A DNA stretch of 63,827 nt, the filler included, from Octopus bimaculoides (taxonomy: Eukaryota): the NCBI RefSeq assembly GCF_001194135.2. It is 6 parts of 6 records of this genome, joined end to end, with 100 filler letters (N's around TTAATTAATTAA, not from the genome) between each part and the next. Parts side by side here need not be neighbours in the genome. Positions count along the whole stretch, not along the records: positions 1 to 31,279 come from NC_069000.1; 5 more parts are not named here. One strand, given 5' to 3'. This document shows positions 1 through 11,000 of the stretch, one piece after another. Both the position numbers and the translations under genes were made by a program. A model generated the notes under the pieces. The model made no database searches. It was given only the letters and a program-made list of their open reading frames with translations, and was not told where the DNA came from. Within the stretch, counting starts at the first letter, position 1; every line of letters starts with the position of its first letter.

Positions 1-238
1 GGCACATAAAAGACACCATTTCGAGCGTGGCCGTTTTCGTGCGGGTGACACGTAAAAGCACCCACTACACTCTCTGAGTGGTTGGCGTTAGGAAGGGCAT
101 CCAGCTGTAGAAACTCTGCCAAATCAGACTGGAGCCTGGTGTTGCCATCCGGTTTCACCAGTCCTCAGTCAAATCGTCCAACCCATGCTAGCATGGAAAG
201 CGGACGTTAAACGATGATGATGATGATGATGATGATGA
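1..238 (+). mobile_element. 3' part of a retroposon (family D) ending in a (GAT)n tail
   Basis: GAGTGGTTGGCGTTAGGAAGGGCATCCAGC...CCCATGCTAGCATGGAAAGCGGACGTTAAACGATGATG. Homologous pieces at about 2145-2195, 4845-4935, 14560-14865, 15385-15650 (-) and 27240-27300. Confidence 0.75.
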
Positions 239-555
239 ACGAAAAATGGAAATGGAACTATTCGCCCCACTTAAGAGCAGCCCCATTTTCTACCTTTTAA
301 ACCCTGATCCTTTCAAAATATCAAGGCCCGTTTCCTCCAATAGTCTATCAATAAGTTGTGTAGTGCCAGTCGTATTCCAACTCCCAAGAAGCACAACCAT
401 CTTTAAACGTAAGTCTTATTTCCTCCTGTTCTTTATCTGGAATTACACACCTGTGAAATTCCTAAATATTATCAAACCCAATAGTTCCAACCCCTTTCAT
501 GTCGTTCCATGACAACACTCCATTCATGCATCATTAACTTCAAATCGCATGTAAG

Positions 556-925
556 CTCTTTTACTTGTTTCAGTCATTTGACTGCGGCCATCCTGGAGCA
601 CCGCCTTTAGTTGACCCCAGGACTTATTCTTTGGAAACCTAGTACTTATTCTATCGGTCTCTTTTTGCCGAACCGCTAAGTTACGGGGACGTAAACATAC
701 CAGCATCGGTTGTCAAGCGATGGTGGGGGACAAACACAGACACATATATATACATATATATACGACGGGCTTCTTTCAGTTTCCGTCTACCAAATCCACT
801 CACAAGGCTTTGGTCGGCCCAAGGCTATAGTAGAAGACACTTGCCCAAGGTGCCACACAGTGGGACGGAACCCGGAACCATGTGGTTGGTAGGCAAGCTG
901 CTTACCACACAGCCACTCCTGCGCC
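556..925 (-). mobile_element. Full-length tRNA-derived SINE, family A (most abundant repeat in the window)
   Basis: On the minus strand: head GGCGCAGGAGTGGCTGTGTGGTAAG...GGGTTCCGTCCCACTG with A/B-box-like motifs, then CCTTGGGCAAGTGTCTTCTAC, an internal (TA)/(TG) microsatellite and tail GACTGAAACAAGTAAAAGAG. More than 15 whole or partial copies in the window. Confidence 0.9.
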
Positions 926-999
926 TACACTTTTTTCTCTTTTTTTTTTGCCTTAGGGGAGGGGTTTTGAATTTCTTTGTGTGTGTTTGACTTTTTCTT

Positions 1000-1730
1000 T
1001 TGTTTTCGTGTCCGACTGGAATGAGTAGACCTGGTGTCTGCAAGGGGCAGTGTGGGTCTGAGAAGGTGTGGATTGGGGTTTACAGTTCAATTCACTTGCC
1101 GTCTTCCTGTTGCCTCTTCCCATTTATCCTCTGTTTCTGCTACTTCCTCCTCCTTTCCTGGGGCTCTCTTCTTTATCCTCCTCCGTATTATTTGGTTGTT
1201 TCTCTTCTGCTTTTCTGGCCCTTGTCATGCAGTCTGCTCTAATGTGACCCTTCAGGCCACATTTAAAGCAGCGCGGGATTCTGCCTTCGACCCTGACTGT
1301 CATTACTGTTTCTTCCATAATTATTGATTCCGCAATTTTTTTTGCCAAAGTTCCATTTGATCCTTGTACTATCATAAAAGTCGAAGCATATTGATTTCTG
1401 GCTTCTATTGCTGTAGGGATGTGCTAATTTGATGATGGCAAAATAAACAGATTAATGATTGTAACTGAGTCAGAGAGAATGAGGGGGGGGGGGAGAGATG
1501 GAGTGGGAGGGTGTGTAGTCTCGTTTTTGGCTCAACAATATCAAACCTGTTGGTGATTCAGTGATGTATGTTATTGTTAACCTCCTATTGTATGTAACCC
1601 GTTGGCTGAGTTGGTGTTGTTGAGCAACTTTGGCTGTTAGAAGTTCTTTTATTGTGAATTGTTGCCAATATCTGAACCACATAAAACTTAGGAATTGAAA
1701 GCTAAGCACACTCTCCTGTGTGGGGGAAAC
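1000..1730 (-). pseudogene. Decayed non-LTR retrotransposon ORF1 (gag-like) fragment with a CCHC zinc knuckle
   Basis: ORF 1124-1375 (-) contains C-FK-C-GLKG-H-IRAD-C (CX2CX4HX4C) preceded by VRVEGRIPR. Upstream reading frames are interrupted by stops. Confidence 0.7.
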
Positions 1731-1805
1731 AAAATTTAGCCTCGTTTTAGAATGAACTTCCTGTCAAAAGACTTCCTCTTTGCATTTGTTGTGTTTCTTT
1801 GTTTT

Positions 1806-1985
1806 AGGCACAGATGTGGCTGTGTGGTTAAGAGGTTTACTCCTCAATTATGTGGGCTTGAGTTCAGTCCCACTGCACGGCACCTTGGGCAAGTATTTTC
1901 TGCTGTAATCTTGGGCGAACTAAAGCTCTGTGAATGGATTTGGTAAATGGAAACTGAAAGAAGCCTGTTGTGTGTATTTGTATAT
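1806..1985 (+). mobile_element. SINE family A, 5' half
   Basis: GTGGCTGTGTGGTTAAG...GAGTTCAGTCCCACTGCACGGCACCTTGGGCAAGT...GGAAACTGAAAGAAGCCTG. Confidence 0.8.
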
Positions 1986-4104
1986 AATATATATCATCAT
2001 CATCATCATCATCATCAAAGGAAACATGAGCCCTTTCACATACATGTACATATGGTGGAACTTCTGCCTACCAAATGCACACACACACATCATTTCAAAG
2101 CTGACATTGGAACTCAACAGCACAGCTCTTTGCTTCATCTGTTTATGTCAAATCGGCCAACCCATGCTAGCACGGAAAAACGGATGTTAAATAGTGATAT
2201 ATAATACACCCCTCCCCAAACACCCCCACTGACATATATATTTACACACACACGGGCGCAGGTGTTTTATGTCTTCATAAACATGATTTGGATGTGACAG
2301 CTCTCATTTCTGTGTAAACTGAAACGTTCACAGGTAGTAAATGTTCAGGACGTCGCGATGTTCCGTATGTTGCTTGTTGGTACGATGTAGAACAGTTCAT
2401 TGGCTATGTGAATCCCAACTGAAGCACATTCACGAACAGGGAACATATTTACGTCCAGCAATATTTATTGCTGGACATAAAGATGTTTGTTGGATATTGG
2501 CCATTTACAATGAACAGCATAAATCATTGCTGACAGAGAGAGAGACTGACTGACTGTGTCGCGACTGTAGAAGTAAGTTGTAAGACATTGTGAATGTTAG
2601 CAATGGGTCTATCCTAGAACCTAGAATTGTCTGCGTAAATGTCTGGAGCCGCCAGCGTGACAAGGATGGAGGCACATGCATCCTACAATTAATCGAGAGG
2701 CAAAACGGGCTTTTAGAGGAAGCTGGAAAGAACATTCTAGAAAGTCCTATCACGCCACAGCCTCCCGCTGGTTGGTAGATTAATAAACCAATTGCGTGAA
2801 ACTACGATGGTTCGTTCGTAGTGTCTGACCGATTATCCTGCGGTTGAGGTTTTGAATTATCGTTACGAGTAACTATGGTTACGGGTGGGAAGCTATATTT
2901 AAAAAAGTTTCATTGCAATACATCTTTTTTCTTTTACTCGTTTCAGTCATTGAACTACAGTCAATGTGTATATTTGTTTGTAATGTACGTGTGCATGTAT
3001 GTGAATGCAGGTTGCAGCAGAACAACCTCCATTTTCTTACGGCCATTGTTGTGATAACGATGTCTTTGCATAGCTAATATTTTACCGTTCTTCAGTTGGA
3101 TTAGTACACGCCTTGCGCTTCCTGTTGAAATTTTTCCGCAGTTTGGTGAATGGAAACTGTGTTTTGATCCACCCTGTGTGTGTGTGTGTGTGTGTTTCAA
3201 AAGAAATTTTATTGCAAGTTTTATCCATTAACGAAACACTTTGAAACTTGGAACACTGGTAGAATGTGTCATATAAAACATCTTTTTCTCTTAGTCTTCT
3301 TAAAAAAAAAGAAATCCCTAAGTTATTCCATGTTAAAGGTTGTCGTATTTCTGTAATTTCAACCAGTCACTGACGTCCATTCAGCCGATATACATTAAGT
3401 GCCGACTACATAAACAAACGATTCTGAAACAATTCTATCGGTGATAGGGTTAGGGTAAAACAGCAAATTTAAAAAGAAAAAAGCAAATAAAACGAAGAAA
3501 AACAAAAAGAAAATGAAAAAAGCAAATAAAACGAAGCTATGGCTTAATCAGCCAAAGGAGTAAATATAAACAACTGAATACTTGTCAGTGATTGGTTGAA
3601 ATTATCGAAATAAGACAATTTTTTCATGAAATAAATTCGAATACAAAAATATTTTACCAAAAACACTACGTAAAACATTAATGAAAAATGTGGCCCCCGT
3701 TTTAAAAAAGATCCCATTTGCCTTACATCCATTAAACCCTGCGTTGGAGTTGTGATTTAAGCTAGGTGTGTGTGCATGGCTGTTGTTTCTTGCATATTTT
3801 GCGACCATATACGGGCTCATGCTTGTCATCGTGCGCTTCCGTTTAAAATTCATTGAATTTCTCGAATGTACTTTCGGTTTTGATTCACGTGAAAAGTCGT
3901 TTTTGGACTATCTTTTGATTACACGGTCTTCTCTCTCTTACTTTTCATCTCTCTTAATTTTCCCTCTCTTCTCCACTCTGTTTCTCATTTGATCTCCAAA
4001 TTTCTCTCTCTTTCCATATTCCTGTCTCTCCTCTCCTTTTGTTTCACTTCTCATCTCTCTTTCTCTTCTTGTCTACCATTGTCTTTCTGAACCTTCCAAT
4101 CTCT

Positions 4105-4141
4105 CCCCTCTCTTTCTTTCTATCTTCTTCCCTCTCTCTCC

Positions 4142-4190
<49 letters not shown>
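4105..4190. repeat. (CT)n microsatellite
   Basis: Direct inspection. Confidence 0.95.
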
Positions 4191-4192
<2 letters not shown>

Positions 4193-5039
4193 TGATCGCT
4201 TTCCTTCTTATCTTCCTTCCTGTTAAAATTGCTCAGGTCTCTATAATTAACCTCAAACATTTGCTGTTTTCTGTTGGCCGTCATTTTTATAAATAGCTAA
4301 TCAACGTATGTCGTCTGCACACACACACGCACACCACCACCACCACCACTACTGAGCTCAGAACATCTCTCGTTTCACTCTTAATCCCCTCTGTCAGCAA
4401 TGTAGTTCGACTTCCTAGACACAGCAGCGAAATTAGCCAATGAGTGTTTCATTGCTGTTACTCAACCCACTAAAAATAGTAACCAAATTTCCCTAAAATC
4501 ACAAACTACACTACTTTAAAGGACATCACCGATTTGAAGTGGGTTTTGTATAAAATGTCTCTGTAGCAGACTTCACAAGTTAACGCAAAATATCACGTTG
4601 GCTTTTTGTTCTAACTTCCTGTCGATGGCAAAAATCGCAGACTACAGCATACACGTGATCACAAAAGCACAAATTTTACAACTTGGCAAAGTAAACTCAG
4701 CAATGTCACTCGGCACACCCCCTCATGAAGGTCACGGCTAGCTTTCACTGCACATACAGCTGTGTGCTGCCATCTGTTGGTGCGCTACATAACTAGTCCG
4801 GGGAACCTTTTGATGTCATTTCGTATCTTGCTTGGAAACGAGTAAGGCATGGCGACAGGAAAGGCTGTAGAAAAATCTGCCTCAATAAACTCCGTCCGAC
4901 CCATGCAATCATTGAAACGTTGACGTTAAAACGATGATATTCATGAATGTTGCGCAGGGGATATCCTTGGGCTACTGTCATCATCTACTATAACCCCAAG
5001 TCGGCCAATATTCTGTGAGGAAATTTAGTTCGTAGTAGA

Positions 5040-5500
5040 TATATCTGTGTGCAATGTGTCTGTGTTTTTCCACCGCTTGACAGCCGGTGTTGGTTTGTTT
5101 GCCTCTTCGTAACGTAGCAATTTAGCAAAATCGATCGATAGAATAAGCACCACCGGTTAGGATAAATTACTGGGGTCGATTTGTTCGACTAAATCCTTCA
5201 AGGCGGTGTCCCAGCATGGCTCCAATCTCATGACATAAACAAGTACGATAAAAGATATGTAATTGCGTGTATGTATGTATGTGTGTGTGCTTTTGTGTCT
5301 GTGTTCGACCCCTCAGTATCACTTGACGACCGGTCTTGGTTCGCTTACGTCCATTTAATGTAGCGGTTCGGCCAAATAGCCCGACAGAACAAGTACCAGG
5401 CTTGAAAAAATAATAGGCAGTGATTCATTCGACTTAAAATTCCTCAAGGCGGTGCCTCAGCACAGTCTTAATGGCTGAAGCCAGTAAAAAGATAAAAAAG
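5040..5500 (+). mobile_element. Two tandem, diverged 3' halves of SINE family A
   Basis: Two copies of CTTGAC(A/G)...CCGGT...GATAGAATAAG...GGCGGTG...CAGC...AAGTA. Confidence 0.7.
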
Positions 5501-6734
5501 ACACATAAATATAATATTGGAGGTGGCATGTTTACGACTGTCGTAAATCCGATTCCCCGATTGTTGTTGATATTTTTTATTTGCTTTTATTTTACCCGCC
5601 ACCTTCTCTTCTCTCTCAGGATATGAATGAAGTCTAACTTGATGTTTAAACGACAGCTCGTCACCTCGTCAAACAAGCCATACGGAAGTAATTAATCATC
5701 AGCTTTTTTCTCTTCAAAGATCTCTTTTTTTTCTGATTTCATTCCCATTTTGTTTGTAATGTATTGTAATGGTTTAAAAAGAGAGACGTTTGCACACGTG
5801 TACATGGAGATAGATTTAGACGTTTTAGAGTCGCAATTACCATTGCTGCTAATTACACCGGCCACTTTATACATTCTGACTACGAATCTGAATATCCATG
5901 TATGTGTCTGTCTGTCATAGATCTTTCTCTTTTTCTAGCTTATCTATATCCGTTTTTCTTCCTACCTCATCAAGAGACAGACTAACGCACACACGCGCGC
6001 ACTCGTTCGTCTTTCCCTGTTGTCTTAAAAAGAAAAAGAAAGAAAAAAACAAGGAAGAGGTGATAATCTATAATGATAGAGGCAATCTTTCGAAATAATA
6101 ATGAAGATGCAGTAAAAAAGAAAAAAAATAGACGAGAAGGTCACCGCTGGATCGTCTTTTATCATAGGCTTGTTCGACTCACTACTACATATAGCAAGAT
6201 ATGCGTTTTATTATATCTAGATAAACAGCAATACGTATACATACATAGACACACACACACATACACAGATATCGGGTCGCGCACATGGGTGCAAGCAGGG
6301 TATAGAGGCAAAAACAAACATACACACACACACGCAGAAAAGTAAACGCGCACGATTTCCGTTCTAAATTTTAGGTCTTTGGAAACATTTAGACGTGTGG
6401 TTAGAAACGTTCGTTTTGCTGCCAGCCACGCATATCTGGGTTCGATTCCACTGCTCGGCGTTTAGTTCAGGTGTTTTTCTTTTTTTCTGTAGCCACGATT
6501 CGATCGATGCTTTGTGTGGGACTTAGGAGAAAACTGCGGATTATTGGTGTGTGTAAAACGATGTATATCGAGTTGCGTCCCTTCATGAGATTGTGGGAAA
6601 TACGCAACATAGCTGTTCGCTTTGATATCGATAAAATAGTTATTTGAAGCTAGTAAGGTCTGACTAAACCTTTGAAGAAAATGCCATTATCTGAGCCGTA
6701 GCAAGGAAAATAAAAATTAACGTACGAACATTGG

Positions 6735-6905
6735 TGCAAGTGTGGCTGTGTGTTAAGCTTGGTTCCGGGTTCAGGTGCCTTCTACTATAGCCTTGAGTCG
6801 ACCAAAGCCTTGTGAATGGATTTGGTAGATAGAGACTGCAGGAAACCCTTTGTGTGTGTGTGTTTCCTTCACCCCTTGACAACCGGTATTAGTGTGTTTA
6901 CATCC
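6735..6905 (-). mobile_element. SINE family A fragment, rearranged
   Basis: Family A segments (GTGGCTGTGTG, GGTTCCGGGTTCAG, GACCAAAGCCTTGTG, CTTGACAACCGG). These segments read on +, so the orientation call is uncertain. Confidence 0.45.
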
Positions 6906-6915
6906 CTTTAACCTT

Positions 6916-7180
6916 GCCCACAGGCATATGGCGTAGTGGTTAAGAGCGCAGGCTACTAACCCCAAGATTCCGAATTCGATTCCAGGCAGTGACCTGAATA
7001 ATAATAATAACAACATACCTTAGGAATGAGAACCCAGGTTCGAAATTTCCCCAAGACACCTGATGAAGGCTGGAGGGTATATCAACCGAAACGTTGTGTT
7101 AACAACAAACAAGATGAGGACAAATATCTGTCAAATGTAAATAATATGTATAATTCCTCATCTCTTAAATATAGAACTGT
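6916..7180 (+). mobile_element. tRNA-headed SINE-like element with a hammerhead-containing 3' region (family H)
   Basis: A box TGGCGTAGTGG 6929-6939, B-box-like ATTCGATTCC 6974-6983, (AAT)n linker, hammerhead motif 7055-7100, terminal hairpin AGATGAGGA/TCCTCATCT. Two more copies at 26597-27090. Confidence 0.85.
7055..7100 (+). ncRNA. Minimal type I hammerhead ribozyme motif (PLE type)
   Basis: Stem I GACAC/GTGTT, core CTGATGA plus one extra A, stem II GGCTG/CAACC (CAGCC in other copies), GAAA, palindromic stem III ACGT, predicted GUU cleavage 3' of 7095. Confidence 0.7.
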
Positions 7181-8028
7181 AATGAGTTTATCATAATTTA
7201 AAGAATACAATTGTTAAACGTATATTTATCCATATTTTCATTTTCATTTACTTGCAGTTTCACCTCCAATATGAATGCTGAGAAACTTCGGTTTAGAGAT
7301 AAAAAGCAGAAGAAGAAGATCTGAACTACTATGGGCTCTAACAATCGCCATAAGTATTACAATACATCTCGAAAGAAAATGACAATATTGGACTTGAAAT
7401 AATTACTCCTTTGTGTTGTTTCTGTGTTACGTTATTGGAATTATGAATCTGAGTTAGAAAAGTAACTGTTTTTGGAGATACCAACTGAACATCTGATTGG
7501 ATCGTTAGTCTCTAACAAACATTTATTAATGGTTAGTAGCAGTAGTTAAAGAACTCAGCCAGATGGTTGTTGTCGTCGTAGTAACCACCTTTCCTTGTTC
7601 TGCACCACAGGATGATTTTTATATTACCTCCAATTAGCATGCAGTACCATCTCTGTGACCCCTTGTAAATTCAGAACAGTGTACCATCACCTGACACAAG
7701 TTAAACCTAACCTTCTGGTCATGTCATTTTAAAGAATTCACAATTCCTGTCTTTTTAAGTGCAAATTACAAAGAAAGCTATCAGGAAATGCAAAGGAAAA
7801 GAAATTTGCCCTCAGCTGTAAAAGAAAAAACAAAACAAAATTTGTTCTTCCTTTCTAATGATTCCAAAATAATTCTTAATGGATTTCAATATTGGATAAG
7901 TTTAACTAAAATAGATGTTTAACAATCTCTTCCCTTTCCAAACTTGCAGAAGATTTAGTGGATATTCTCCTGTAAATAATTCTACCACTTGATGGCTCTG
8001 TCTTCATGTTAATCTCAAAACCGTTACC

Positions 8029-11000
8029 ATGGCTTGTTCATCTGACACCACCAGCAGCAGTAGCAGCAGCAATATGGCAAACACTGAAACTGGATTTGGC
8101 AGTGTCTTAACCCTTAATAAAGCTACCACATCAGACACAAAACCTAAATACAACATGAACTTTCTCTCAGAAAGGGACTGCGTGTGGCCCCGTAATTATG
8201 CTGCATCTAGTCAATCAAACGTTTCCTCAGATAATGATATGACGTGGTCTGGTGAAAACGATGTGACACTTTTCACCGATGAAGATGCCACTTCAGATAT
8301 TAATTTCAAATCTGGAGAATTAACCAATTCTAGTAAGATAGACAATGTAACAGACATTAATGCCAAACCTAGGGGCCCAAAGCTTACCTCAAGCGATGGC
8401 TCAACTCCATTTATTCAACCGAAATCCAGTGATGGATCTAGGTCCACAGAGAGGGTTTGTACAGCTAACTCTAATCCTCAGCTCATAGTCTCAACACATT
8501 CCTCAGGCAAAGTCAAGAATGACTCTGTTCCCAATAAATCGACTTTGTCTTCTGAAAACAAACTCGGCTCTGAGTTAAAAAAAACTTCTACTTTAAGTGA
8601 ACAAAGTCTTCATCGGAGCCCTGCTCTAACACCTCGAGTCTCCAAGGCAGCATCAGTAACCAGTGCTTCATTAAGTAGTTCCAAATTATCCCAAGACGAA
8701 ACAACTTCTCCACTGAGTTTGTCGCTACAGAAAGAAGATAGCTTGGATGAGGTTAAAGTTTGCACGTCGCCATTTCAGAATCAGACGTATATCCATCGTT
8801 ATGGTAAGACTTACTCTGCTCACGGCAACCTGACCCCTCTACCTGGGAAGAGTCATAGGAAATATGGAAAGACTTATTCTCCTCGAGGCAATGTGAACCC
8901 TAAACCTGATGCAACTGTCACAGCTACACTGTCATCATCTCTGTTGTCTCAGGACAATCTCTACAGCAACAGGGATAAGAATTTTAATGTCTCTGATTCA
9001 AAAACACTCTCTTCTTCCTCTTCTACTTCTTCTTCTTCATCATCATCATCATCATCATCGTCGTCTTCACATTCAGATGCTGTCAATGTAACTTCAAAAT
9101 CTACAACAGAAAAGAATGAAATGAAATTGTCTTCAAGTCTTTTGTCCAATAGCAAAAACACCTTTGTTCCAAAAAAGTCATTGATAGACCTCACAAAGGG
9201 TCCGCCTGAGAAATTATTAGGGAATGCCAATCAAAAAATCGATATATCATCTGGAACTCTAGATCTCCAGCGAAACAGAATGGTAATACTGAACAATAAG
9301 ACGAGTAGGAAACCTTTTGTTACCGTCTACCTGGTATCAAAGAATGACACCGGCACTAATATCTATGATAGCAACAAAAGCACTTGTTCTGTAACTGAAT
9401 ACCACGATGTGAAAAATGGCAAAGGGAGTTGTTCAAAGGCTGGTCGTCCACAGATAACTGCCAAAAGCGAAGCTAATAATTCTGTTGTTAATTTAAATAA
9501 TGTTCTTGTACAATCTCTCCATGACTACAAAGAAAATGGTATTCCTGCTCGTAGCTTATTGACTCCAGAATCATTGAAGAATGTGACGAAAGAAAATGCC
9601 GAAGCCACTGATGGTTCTTCCACTTTGTTCCACAGTCCCCAGCCACAGTTGCAAACCAATGACACTAAGAGTTTTCCAAAATTAAAAGAATCTGCTACAA
9701 ATGTTAGTGCTTCTGTTGAAACTTTGGCATCAGATGCTGGTGGGAAGAAGGATCAGGATATCCCTGCTCTTATAGAACAGCAACACAGTAAATCGTCCAA
9801 AACGAATTTAGGAGGGAAGCCTGAGCAATTAGCTGTTAATCCTGGAATTGGTAAAGGTAACGTGCAAATGTCTTTGAAAAATAACAGCTTGGAGAAAGTA
9901 AAAGTGAAGAATGAAAACAAGTTGCATGATACTAGCGAGGAAGGTAATGGTGTAATGAAGATTTCTTCAGCTGCAAAATCAAACGAAAACAGTTCAGTAG
10001 GACCGAAGAAACAGTTTTCCTTAATATATTCTTGCCCATCAAGCAAAGTGAGTAAAAAGGATGTGGTTGGGACTCACCAACTGGCCACTGCTCCTTCTTG
10101 TGCAAGTTCAACTCAGAAGAAAGCTGTTGATTCGAAACTGTCTTTAATTAAGGATATTCCCGTTAGAAACACCAACACAGGTGGGTCTGATTTGATGGTG
10201 GAAGTGAAGTCTGAGAAATCTGAGGAAAATAATAACTGTTCACCTGTCATTAAATCCAAGAGCAATCATTCCTACAACACAGGTGTTAAAATTTATGGCA
10301 AGAATTCAGCTGACAATATTACCAAAGAGAAAATTGTACTTTCACAGTCAGCAGAATCTCTTGAAAATTTCACATCTAAAGTTAAAACTGATAAAAGTGA
10401 ATTAACTTTGAACGTAACTAAAAACTGCAATGAAGCTGTTTCTTTTAATATAAAATCTGAGAAAGTTTTGTCTTCATCTTGTGCTAATTCCAAGACTAAT
10501 AACGAGCATTCAGTTGTAGTTACTAAAGAATCTCTCAAGAGGTTGCCTTCAAAACAGAATGTGAAACACCTTCCTTCTCAAAGCAGTGTCTCAAATAATT
10601 CCTCAACAGTTGTTTCATTGAAGAAAATGCAATGTTCACCCAAGTCATTGCTTAATAATCCCCCTGTTTCTTTGGAGCCAAACGCAAAGAATTTGAAAAA
10701 TGTTACTGTCATTAAAACAGAACCAAATTCTTTTGAATATGGCCCTCTTCAAAACCCGAATGTTTCTGCAAATATAGAAACAAGCAAAAAGACTTTGAAA
10801 ACCATTGCTGACATAAAGATGGAACCAAATTCTTCAGAGCCCTCCTCCTTTCCTTTGAAAATGGAAACAAACAAAAGGGCTTTAAAAGCTGTCACTATCA
10901 TTAAAACAGAACCTAATTCTTTAGAGTCTGCCCCTCCTCAAAACTTGAATGTTCCTGTGAATATGGAAACAAACAAAAAGACTTTGAAGACTGTTACTGA

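Noticed and set aside
140-175. Minus-strand CTGAGGA...GAAACCGG resembling a hammerhead
   Set aside because: No stem II, no stem I and no NUH site after a paired stem III.
6923-6994. tRNA gene call for the SINE heads (families H, A, B)
   Set aside because: Acceptor and anticodon stems do not pair properly, and each head continues into a repeat body. These are tRNA-derived, not tRNA genes.
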